DNA of 64,000 nucleotides from NCBI GenBank assembly GCA_043228905.1, contig JBHGNT010000002.1:6138001-6202000 (forward strand), given 5' to 3'. The notes beneath the pieces were generated by a model. It did not search any database and was not told the DNA's origin. It worked only from the letters and a program-made list of their open reading frames with translations. The stretch comes from Azolla caroliniana. Its lineage: Eukaryota > Plantae > Polypodiophyta. Position numbers and translations under genes: made by a program. Positions within the stretch are counted from its first letter, which is position 1; every line of letters begins with the position of its first letter. Of the stretch, positions 1-10,780 are shown piece by piece.

Positions 1-1441
1 TGGTGGCGTAATTGGTCAATTGTCGGCTTGTGGAAGCCGACTCGCGCTTCTTCTTTCGGCACTCTTCTTCATGGTGGCCGATTTTTCCGCAATAACCACA
101 TTCGATCGATTTTTGTCAACTCGAACCGGAATGGAAGCTCCACCTTCTTCCGAAGGTTCCTCAATGGCTTCCGTCTTGTTGCCAAATTTGAGAGTTGTTG
201 TCGTAAGTCGGACCTCGTCCGCCGCCTCGTCCTTGGCCGAATCGGCCTCTTGCTCGGCCACACCCTCTTCCTCCATTCAAATGCGTGTAGAGCATGTGGC
301 CTTCCGAGGTGTTGCTCCTTGTTCGAACATGATTCTCTTCGACCAATAACATAGATTGAAGATCAAAGAAAGAGGGAGGATTCTCCCTTGCTAGAACGGC
401 GGTTCTCATCGAGCCGAACCGTGGTGCAAGGCCGCCGAAGCATATTTGCACCATCTCATCATCATCCACATTGATGCTTATTGAGCCGAGTGAGTCACAA
501 AGTTCCTTGATTCTCAAGGTGTAGCTTGTGATGGACATGTCCTGTTGTTAGATGTTGTTCAACTCTTGGCAGAGTTGAAGCTTCCTCGCGGTCGTGTTGG
601 CCGCGAAACTCTTTCGTAGATTTTCCCACGCTTCCTTCGGCGTCTCGGCTTCTCGAATGTAACCGAGCATGTGGTTGTGAACACATGTCGCCAAGAAATA
701 CATTACTCGACTCGCCGCTTGCTCCCATGTTATGTAGTCGGCGTCTTCCGGGTCGGGTAAGTTTTCTTGTGCTCCCTTGATGTAACCCCAATAGCCTTGG
801 CCGACAAGGTATTGATGCATCTTGTACTCCCAAGATGCGAAGTTGTTTCGGTCCAACTTCTCGCTAGGGAGAGTGCTCCCCATTTGAGTATTCATGGTGT
901 TTGATGGAGATTTCTTCCTTCTTCTTCTCTCTTGAATATGAGCTATGTAGTCGCACTACAATAGTGATGAGCCGGTTCTTCTTGAACGTCGACGTATAGC
1001 TTAATACACGCGGATGGGCTAGATGGAGCTACCAAACCGCTCTGATACAATATAAAGAATCGGGTATGATTCTTGTGTAGTGGAATAGGTGACAGATGTG
1101 CGTTATGTGTGTGTGAGAGAGAGAGCGAGATAGAGGAGAGAAACAATAGATAGATTTTTGTGAGACAATAGAATACTCAAGAAGATGTATATTACAAAGG
1201 AGATTAATCGACCTAATTACAAAGTAGGAGGAGAGTGATTTGTATTGTCACTCTCTCTCTTCATTAACTACCAAAGCTCATGGGTCATGGGAAATGTGAA
1301 AACTCATTAGTTATGTGTCATAGAATATGATTCTATGACACATAGTTAATGTGTAGATAAGAGTGGTGACTTTTGACCTTTGAGTGCACACTCTCAAGGG
1401 TGTGTTCACACACTACACTTGGTTGAGCTTGATTCTCAACA
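1..1441 (-). mobile_element. 5' part of a Ty1/Copia LTR retrotransposon (5' LTR, PBS, degenerate gag), running off the left edge
   Basis: ORFs 548-895 and 161-538 are Copia gag-like (KLDRNNFASWEYKMHQYL..., with stop at the junction). Met-i PBS complement GCTCTGATAC(A)A at 1039-1050. LTR 1051-1441 starts on the minus strand with TGTTGAGAATCAAGCTCAAC, similar to the LTRs of C and G. Confidence 0.8.
1051..1441 (-). repeat. 5' LTR of the left-edge Copia
   Basis: Adjacent to the PBS; contains a (GA)n tract; terminus resembles the C/G family LTR start. The partner LTR is outside the window. Confidence 0.65.
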
Positions 1442-2349
1442 CCAAGTATTAAATTGTCGGATTGGCTCGGATTCAATTTCGATCGATTCGGCCGATTGTC
1501 GACTCGGTTCGATTCGGTAGTTGGAAACTTATTCTCAATCTCACAGTCGACTATTGTCTTTTCCTCCATGAAGACAATGTCATGGCCCCTAATCACTTCC
1601 TTCTCGGCTAAGTCCCATAGCTGATAATCAAATTCATCATTACCGTAGCCGAGAAATATACCTGACTGAGATTTCGGGTCTAATTTTCCCCTTTGGTCTT
1701 TTACAACATGCACATAAGCAAGACATTCGAACACCCTCAGCTGTCAGTACGAAATGTCTTTGCCGCTCCACATCCTTTCTGGGATATCATCGTCCAAGTG
1801 TACCGAGGGTTATCACGTACGCTGCCGTCGTCAATGCGTCAGCCTAGAATGTCTTCGGTCACTTAACATGTGCAAACATACTTCGAACCCTTTCCATTAC
1901 AGTCCGGTTCATTCTCTCAGCCAACCCATTAAGCTCTGGCGTCTTTGGCACAGTATATACTCAAGCCAGATTCCTTGATTTAGGAAAATATTCCTCGAAT
2001 GGTCCAAAGTACTCTCCGCCATTGTCTGCTCAGACTACCTTCAGTTTTTGGCTGGTTTCTCTCTCGGTCCTCACTTGGACCTCTTTGAAGATGGATAACA
2101 CTCTATCCTTCATTTTCAGCACGGAAGCCCACAACTTCCGGCCACAGTCATCAATGAATGTCACGAAATACTGTGAACTACCATGCGACTCTGTGTCCAC
2201 ATAACATATGTCCGTATGCATGAGTTCCAGCGGCATTTTCTTCCTCATTGGGGGCCTAGATGGGAAGAATGTTCGATTTTACTTGCCAGTCAAGCAATCA
2301 GTGCACTTCTCAAGTTGCACATTCTTAACGTCCGGAATGAGGTTGTCCT
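1442..2349 (-). pseudogene. Old Copia (A/H-like family) integrase region, left half of the element split by the chromovirus
   Basis: LELMHTDICYV...YFVTFIDD and YVHVVKDQRGKLDPKS motifs, with stops and frameshifts. The reading continues across the GTCCT TSD into 39673+ (...MQKFAED|NLIPDVKNVQLEKCTDC). Confidence 0.85.
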
Positions 2350-2768
2350 TGTGATGATATGGCAAGACTCGAACCCATGACCTTATGTTACATGGCTCAA
2401 GCTCTTACCATTAAACTATGTATTATAATACGAAGGATATTATTTTCATTTAAGTTTTACTATAGAAAATTGATGTATATTCTAGATTTGTCTAGAACGT
2501 TCTAGAAACTTCAGGAGTTCTCTTGAGAACACTATAAAAGGAGGCAGAAGGCATTATTTCAAACCAAATCAGTTCAACGGTAGTCTTAAGCCTCCTAGCC
2601 TTCCTTCTATATTCTTCTCACATAATATATCGTTGTCATCATCATTTTCTCTCTCTCGATATCTCTCGCTCCCACTCTCTCTCTCTCCTTCTCTCGAGTG
2701 TTGTACACCCTCTATCCCTCTTAGTACTAATATTCCTCTCTTAGTACTAATATCTTCTCTGTCTCAGT
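2350..2768 (+). repeat. 5' LTR of the outer chromovirus (last ~15 nt apparently deleted)
   Basis: Aligns to 39269-39672 up to TGTCTCAGT; TATA (CTATAAAAG) near 2532; noticeably diverged from the 3' LTR. Confidence 0.85.
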
Positions 2769-2917
2769 TTGAATTGATTTTGGTCTCCTCCTCTCCTCCT
2801 CTTCCTTTTATCTTCTTACGTCTCCCTCCCTTCATACTAATATCTTATTCCTCTTTCATCTCATCCTATGGACACTGTTAGCGCTCAAGAATATCAATCT
2901 AATTTATTTGAGTTGCA

Positions 2918-5076
2918 ATGCTTGAAAGAGAAGTTCCTTGCTTTGGAACAAGAAAATCAACGGTTGTTGGGAGATCTTCAACAAATCTCCTTAGAAAAGC
3001 AGCAAACACAATAACAACATGGGGAACTTGCAACAACAAGGACCCGGTATGCAAGGGATTCATAAAGAACCCAATATCGTCCTTCCTATGAAATTCGATG
3101 GAACACGATCGCAGTTTCGTTGGTACGATTAGTCATTCAAATGCATCCTTCCCGATATCCCACCGATGCATCACGAGTGGGTTTAGTAGGCACGTTGTTA
3201 AATCGCTCAGCGTTGGCATGATTCGCTCCGTTGTTAGAAAAGGAATCTCCATTACTAAACAATCTTGAAGAGTTTATAAGTGGGTTTAAAGTGTGTTTTG
3301 GAGATACTAACAACATAAGGACAACAATCAACAAAATCCGATGATTAGGTGAAGGTGATCGTCCAGCCTCTGCATACACTGCAGATTTTCGTCTACTCGC
3401 CTCCGATATCCCCTAGGATGACCAAGCATTAATGGAGCAATTTTGTTATGGTCTACGCAACGATGTCAAGGATTTACTCTTGACTGTCCCCGAAGAACCA
3501 AAGTCATTAACATAAGTAATCAGTCGTGCGGTGAGATGTGACAACTGCCTTGTCGAACGACGTTCGGAACGTCAGTTCCAGATGCCAATGCCAAGATCAA
3601 AGCCCACCTATGCCTCAGTGGTAGCGAAACCTTTTCTGAGGGATTCATATAATGTGCCTCCACTGAGTACTCCAACTCCGATGGAAATTGACACTACACG
3701 TCGTCACGGACCATTATCGGAATAAGAAAAGCAGTGACGCCGAGCAAATCGACTATGTCTTTATTGTGGTGGACCAGGGCATATTGCAGTGAACTGTCCC
3801 CATAGGCCAAGAAGACGGGTAAACCAAATAGTTGCTAGTTCTAATTGTACTAAACCTGAGTCTATTTCAGTAGGAATATCTTATAGTCGTAATAGTACTA
3901 ATAGCCCAAATCTATCAAACAAATTTGATGTCCTTAGTCTGTTAGAAGAAGAGTTACATGACTAAGTCCAGCCAAAATAGGAGCCGTTTGGTTGGATAGC
4001 CCTAGATCTGTGCAGCCCATTCATGGTTCCATTTCCTCTAAGCAAGTTAGCAATTTGTTCTTAGCTCAAGTAACATTTAGAACTAAAAGTACCTCTCAAA
4101 TACATGTCTTACCACTCCTAGATTCCGGAGCTAATTATTGCTTCATGGATAGGAATTGGAAGTTTGCCCAAGCTCATCAAATATCCCTAAGAAAACTCTC
4201 ATGTCCAGCCTCTGTAGTAGTCATTGATGGTCGTCCCATTGCTTCCAGAAATATCATAGAAGAGTCAGAGCCCGTTAATATTGTCTTAGATAACTTAGCG
4301 TGTGTAGTATCATTTAATATAATTAGTATCCCAGAACATCCCATTGTTTTGGGATTACCATGGTTTGAATTACATAACCCTGACATAGATTGGAGAACAA
4401 GAGAAATACGGTGTTGACAAACCCAAGGATCTACTCATAAGATTGCAACCATTTCACTACATCTGTTGCATGACAAAGGACGCAAGGAAGAAATGTTTGT
4501 CTTCGCAATATCAGTAAAACCCTCCAACACCACTAAAGAGGAGTCCATCATTCAACTTCCAGAGAAGTATCGTCATTATGTCGATGTGTTCGATAAAGTA
4601 CAAGACAATACGCTTCCTCACCATCGACTGTATGATTGCCCCATCGATTTACAACCGTCAAAAGAGCCACCATGGGGACCGATATACAATTTGTCACCAA
4701 CCGAGTTGGAAGTCCTTTGAGCCTATATAGAGCAGAATTTGGCAAATGGTTTCCTTCAACATTCGAAATCTCCAGCCGACACACCCATTTTCTTCGTCAA
4801 GAAAAAGGATGGATCACTTTGTCTCGTCATAGATTACCTAGGCTTGAATAAAGTCACCATCAGGAATAGGTATGCACTTCCCCTTATCTCAAGTCTTTTA
4901 GAACAAATCAATGGTGCAAGGTTCTTCAAAAAGATCGACTTACAAGGAGATCAATGGAAGACCACGTTTCGCACCAGATATGGGCACTTCGAGTATACAG
5001 TCATGCCATTCAGCCTCACTAATGCACCAACAGTCTTCTAGCACATGGCAAATTATATATTCTAAGATCTCTTGGA
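2918..5076 (+). pseudogene. Chromovirus gag, protease and RT N-terminus (disrupted)
   Basis: PTPMEID motif, CLYCGGPGHIAVNC zinc knuckle, LLDSGANYCFMD protease, [18 protein letters not shown] and [13 protein letters not shown] motifs; many stops. Confidence 0.9.
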
Positions 5077-5719
5077 TGTTGGGATTTCGGTCCCTCCGGA
5101 TGGGATGTCCGGAGATGAATGACGGCAAGCCCGGTTGCGGTTACGGAGCCGGATGATGAAGACCCCGGTTACGGAGCCGGATGATGAAGACCCCGGCTAC
5201 GGAGCCGGATGATGAAGACCCCGGTTACGGAGCCGGATGACGAATGTACCCGGAGAGAGATCCGGATGCGGAGACATATTTGTGAATATGTTTGCCAAGA
5301 GCCCTTGAGGCTATATTTGTAAATAGCCCGAAAGTCATATGTGTATAAATATGACTTAGGGCAAACAGTTAAGGCTGCTGTTGCTCATTTTTCTGTTTTC
5401 CACTAAGAGGGAGCGAAGTGAGAGCAGCCGAGAGAGAGTGAGAGAGAAGGAGGAAGGAAGAGGTCGACGCCTCTGTGTAATACCGCCGCCTGTGGCGAGG
5501 ACAACGAGCTCAAGGTCGTCGCCTTGCAGCTCGCCATTGTACATTCCCGCGTATAGTGATAGTTGGAGTCTTGCACTCCCGTGGTTTTTCCCATTTAGGG
5601 TTTTCCACGTAAAACATCCAGTGTGCCCTTCTCTCTATTGTTTTCGTGCATTGTTGTATTTCCCGTTTTCTGTGAATCGATCCTGTTCCTCGGTTGTGGC
5701 CGAGCACGGAATTCCGACA
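5077..5719 (+). repeat. 5' LTR of Copia A (643 bp; 3 full 28-bp U3 repeats plus a partial)
   Basis: Direct repeat of 9835-10589; unit (T/C)TACGGAGCCGGATGATGAAGACCCCGG from 5141. Confidence 0.95.
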
Positions 5720-5750
5720 AAGTGGTATCAGAGCGACGGTAACACAGAAA

Positions 5751-8700
5751 ATGGAAGGCGGCAGCAGCGGGCAGCCGGGGATGATGGTGCTGAATGCGCA
5801 GAACTACGCCGACTGGAAGATAAAGATGGAGGATCTGCTCATTGTTCGGGACCTGTATGAACCGATCGACAGGTCGGAAATACCCAAGGGAGTACTTGAG
5901 ACGGAGTGGAGGCTTCTGAACCGGAAAGCCGTTGCAACCATTCGGCAATACGTCGACGTGAGCGTTCTACAACACGTGGCAAACGACACCAACGCATATG
6001 AGATGTGGAGGAAGCTGTCGGGCCTCTACGAGAGGAAGAATGCGTTGAACCGGACCTCCCTGATGAGAAAGATAGTGAACCGCAAGTACCGGGACGGCGA
6101 GAGTATGGTGGAACACGTAAGCACGTTCATGGGATTCGTGAACCAGCTTGCGGCGATCAAGTTCCCGTTGGAGGATGCAATGCAAGCCATCATCCTGATG
6201 TGTACATTGCCGGACAGCTGGGAGAACTTGGTGGTGACTCTCAGCACCTCCTGCACCGAAGATAACTTGTCCCTACAAACGGTAAAGACAAGTATTTTGA
6301 ACGAAGAAGCGCGTCGGAGAGATAAAGAACTGGTCTCCGACTCGAAGGCGCTGCTTACCGAATCGGAACGGGGAAGACAATGGAACCGGAGTCCGCAAAG
6401 ACGGGAGAAGTCGGGGACCCGGTCGCAGTCAAGAGGAAGACCCACATGCTTCCACTGTGGGAAGCCGGGGCACTTCCGAAAGAATTGTCGGCATTACCGA
6501 AAAGACAACGGAGCCGACGACACCGATTCGAAGAAGTCACCGGAGAGAAACGGTGCATACCGGGGAGCCACGGACCGGAGAGGTTCGGATCGGTGAGGGC
6601 AGGACAGGAAAGGAACGACGGCACTCGCGGCAAGTGAGGAAGAAATCATGCTCATCACCGAAGAAGGTGAGCTAAACATTGCCGGCGATGAGACGACCTG
6701 GGTGGTCGATTCCGAAGCGTCGTTCCACCTGACCCCGGAAAGAAGATACTTCTCATCCTACACAATCGGTGAGCATGGCTGTGTTCGGATGGGAAATGAA
6801 GGTACGTGCCAGATCGCCGGCATAGGAGACGTGTGGTTGACAACCTCGACCGGATGCAAAATGCTGCTGAAGGATGTCAGACACGTTCCGGAGGTTCGAT
6901 TGAACCTGATTTCGGCCGGGAGGCTAGACGATGAAGGCTACACAGGTAGCATCCGGAACGGCGTAATGAAGTTCAGCAAGGGGAGCCTGATAGTGGCTCG
7001 GGCCCGAAAAGTCAACACACTATACCTGATGAATGCCCGGTTATGTCCGGAAGAGCTGAATGTGGCAGCCGACACTGCCGGTGAGCTGTGGCACAAAAGA
7101 CTGTGCCACATGAGTGAGAAGGGGATGAAGAGGCTTGCAGAAGACAACCTTATTCCAGTGAAGCATGTGCACCTGGAGAAGTGCACCGATTGCCTGGCCG
7201 GTAAACAGAACCGAACCTCCTTCCACTCAAGGCCACCGATGAGACGTAGCGCACCATTGGAGTTGGTGCACACTGATGTGTGTCAGGTAGAAACGAAGTC
7301 ACATGGCGGAGCCCAGTACTTCGTGACTTTCATTGATGATCACAGCCGGAAGCTGTGGATGGCACCGTTGAAGACAAAGGACCAAGTGTTGTCTGTCTTC
7401 AAAGAACTCCACGCGAGAGTGGAAAGAGAATCCGGCAAGAAGCTCAAAGCGATACGAGCGGATAACGGAGGGGAATACCGGGGACAGTTCCAGGAGTACT
7501 GTCGCTCGAAGGGAATCCGGCTCGAGTTTACTGTGCCGAAGACGCCGGAACTGAACGGGCTGGCCGAGAGGATGAACCGGACCATAATGGAGAGGGTCCG
7601 GAGTATGCTAGCGCATGCGAAATTACCCAAGGGGTTTTGGGCTGAGGCGATGTCGACGGCGACATACGTGATAAATAGATCACCCTCAGTACCTTTGGAC
7701 GGAGACACGCCGCAGAGAGTGTGGACCGGTAGGGAAGTATCCTACCGGCATCTGAAGGTGTTCGGGTGCCTCGCATATGTGCATGTGGCTAAGGACCGGA
7801 GAGGAAAGCTAGATCCAAAGACCCGGCCATGCATATTCCTCGGTTACGGCGATGACGAGTTCGGCTACCGAGTATGGGACCCGGTCGACAAGAAGATATT
7901 CCGGAGTCGTGATATCATCTTCATGGAGGACAAGACACTCGCCGACTGGGAGTCGGAGAAGAAGATGAAGAGCTCCAAGTCGACCGGTGAGGATAAACTC
8001 TACGAGGAGCAGTCCCGACCGGCAAGAGACCGGTTAGCACTCGAGGATCCGGCCGAAGACGGTGAAGAAATAGAACCGGCCGAAGAAGATGAAAATGATA
8101 CCGGAACCGGCCCCGATCCCGACATGGATTCGGATGAAGAAGAATCGGAAGAACCGGTTACCGAAGCTCCGGAACGGAGATATCCTCTAAGGGAGAGAAG
8201 GGTCCCCCGGAGATTTCCGGAACCAGAGCACGTGCTGCTGACCGACGAAGGGGAGCCGGAGAGCTTTGAAGAAGCAAAGCATGACACCCAGAGCCGCAGG
8301 TGGTTGAGTGCCATGCAGGACGAGATGGATTCCCTGCATGAGAACCACACATATGAACTTGTGGAGTTGCCGAAAGGAAAGCGGGCACTTCGAAACAAGT
8401 GGGTGTTCAAGCTGAAACCGGGAGATGCCGGAAACCCCCCGAGATACAAAGCCAGGATCGTGGTGAAGGGGTTTCAGCAGAAGAAGGGCGTCGACTTCGA
8501 CGAGATATTTGCCCCGGTAGTGAAGATGACCTCTATCCGGACGGTGCTGAGCATAGCGGCAAGCATGGACCTCGAGGTAGAATAGATGGACGTGAAGACG
8601 GCATTCCTTCACGGTGACCTCGAAGAAGAGATCTACATGCAGCAACCGGAAGGATTCGAGAAGAAAGGGAAGGAGCACCTGGTATGCCGGTTGAAGAAGA

Positions 8701-9824
8701 GCCTTTACGGACTGAAGCAGGCTCCCCGGCAATGGTACCGGAAGTTCGACTCCTTCATGACCGACGAAGGGTACCACAAAACGCAGTCTGATCACTGCGT
8801 GTTTGTGAAGAAGTTCGAAGGAGGAGACTCTCTAATACTCCTCCTGTACGTGGACGACATGTTGATCGTAGGACGGGACCAGGTCAAGATACGGGCGCTG
8901 AAGAAAGCGCTTCACCGAACCTTCTCAATGAAGGACCTGGGTCCGGCGAGGCAAATACTAGGGATGCACATCATCCGAGACCGGAAGAAGAAGCAGTTGT
9001 GGCTGTCACAGGAGAAGTACGTGACAAAGGTGCTTCAACGGTTCAACATGTCGGAAGCAAGACCGGTCGGGTCAACCCTCCCGGCAAACTGCAAGTTGTC
9101 CAGCAAGCAAAGCCCCAAGACAAAGGCTGAGAAGGAGGACATGATGAAAGTACCATATGCCTCTGCTGTCGAAAGCTTGATGTACGCAATGGTGTGTACA
9201 AGACCAGACATTGGATACGCAGTCGGAGTGGTGAGCCGGTACATGAGCAATCCCGTCAAAGAGCATTGGAACGCGGTCAAGTGGATACTCCGATACCTGA
9301 AGGGCACGGCAAACGTGTGCCTCCGATTCGGCTCCGGTAAGCCCGAACTCGACGGCTTCACCGATTCGGATATGTCGGCTGATGCAAATACCAGCCGGTC
9401 CACATCAGGGTATGTGATGACCTATGCAGGGGGAGCCGTTTCGTGGCAGTCGAGGCTGCAGAAGACGGTTGCGTTGTCAACCACGGAGGCGGAGTACATG
9501 GCAGCTGTTGAAGCCGGCAAGGAAATAATATGGATGAAGGACTTCATTAGAGAGCTCGGGATCCGGCAGGAGGAGTACCGACTCTACTACGATAGTCAGA
9601 GTGCCATCCACCTTGCAAAGAACGCGGCCTACCATTCCCGAACGAAACACATCCAGCGTAGATACCACTGGATCCGGGAAAGGATAGAAGACAAGGAGTT
9701 CGTGCTGACGAAGATCCACACGGACGAGAATGGGTCGGATATGCTGACCAAGGTGCTCACACCCGACAAGCTGGAAGCATGCCGGAAGAGGATCGGGTTG
9801 GAGAGACATCCCATGCCGAAGTGA
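5751..9824 (+). pseudogene. Copia A gag-pol polyprotein with two in-frame stops
   Basis: One frame across ORFs 5694-6596, 6648-8585 and 8586-9824. Stops TGA 6594 and TAG 8583 are CGA and CAG in sister H. CCHC knuckle, DSEAS (mutated DSGAS), integrase HHCC/DDE, YVDD, RNase H. Confidence 0.95.
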
Positions 9825-9834
9825 AGGGGGAGTT

Positions 9835-10589
9835 TGTTGGGATTTCGGTCCCTCCGGATGGGATGTCCGGAGATGAATGACGGCAAGCCCGGTTGCGGTT
9901 ACGGAGCCGGATGATGAAGACCCCGGTTACAGAGCCGGATGATGAAGACCCCGGCTACGGAGCCGGATGATGAAGACCCCGGTTACGGAGCCGGATGATG
10001 AAGACCCCGGCTACGGAGCCGGATGATGAAGACCCCGGTTACGGAGCCGGATGATGAAGACCCCGGCTACGGAGCCGGATGATGAAGACCCCGGTTACGG
10101 AGCCGGATGACGAATGTACCCGGAGAGAGATCCGGATGCGGAGACATATTTGTGAATATGTTTGCCAAGAGCCCTTGAGGCTATATTTGTAAATAGCCCG
10201 AAAGTCATATGTGTATAAATATGACTTAGGGCAAACAGTTAAGGCTGCTCTTGCTCATTTTTCTGTTTTCCACTAAGAGGGAGCGAAGTGAGAGCAGCCG
10301 AGAGAGAGTGAGAGAGAAGGAGGAAGGAAGAGGTCGACGCCTCTGTGTAATACCGCCGCCTGTGGCGAGGACAGCGAGCTCAAGGTCGTCGCCTTGCAGC
10401 TCGCCATTGTACATTCCCGCGTATAGTGATAGTTGGAGTCTTGCACTCCCGTGGTTTTTCCCATTTAGGGTTTTCCACGTAAAACATCCAGTGTGCCCTT
10501 CTCTCTATTGTTTTCGTGCATTGTTGTATTTCCCGTTTTCTGTGAATCGATCCTGTTCCTCGGTTGTGGCCGAGCACGGAATTCCGACA
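9835..10589 (+). repeat. 3' LTR of Copia A (755 bp; 7 full 28-bp repeats plus a partial)
   Basis: 112 bp longer than the 5' LTR, i.e. 4 extra units in the array 9899-10094. Confidence 0.95.
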
Positions 10590-10780
10590 TTGGATGCTTG
10601 TTTGATCATCTATCTAGATTATCTACTGGTTTATTCGAAGACCCAAGAAGAGCATGATTCTCATGTACTGTTAGTACTAAAACGACTTCAAGAACATGAT
10701 CTTTATGCAAATCTTGAAAAATATAGTTTCGGGTGCAACCAGGTAGAAGTTCTAGGCTATGTCATTTCCTCGGAAGGCAT
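10590..10780 (+). pseudogene. Chromovirus RT segment between insertions A and B
   Basis: LDACLIIYLDYLLVYSKTQEEHDSHV...LGYVISSEG (YLDD-like motif mutated). Confidence 0.9.

Larger units (their letters stand above)
5077..10589 (+). mobile_element. Full-length Ty1/Copia element A (Tnt1/Tork-like protein)
   Basis: TG...CA LTRs 5077-5719 and 9835-10589; TSD TTGGA (5072-5076, 10590-10594); PBS TGGTATCAGAGC 5723-5734; PPT GAAGGGGGAG before 9835. Confidence 0.97.

Noticed and set aside
5141-5240. Hammerhead ribozyme (retrozyme) in the GATGATGAAGAC repeats
   Set aside because: The CUGANGA and GAAA core with flanking stems is not present.
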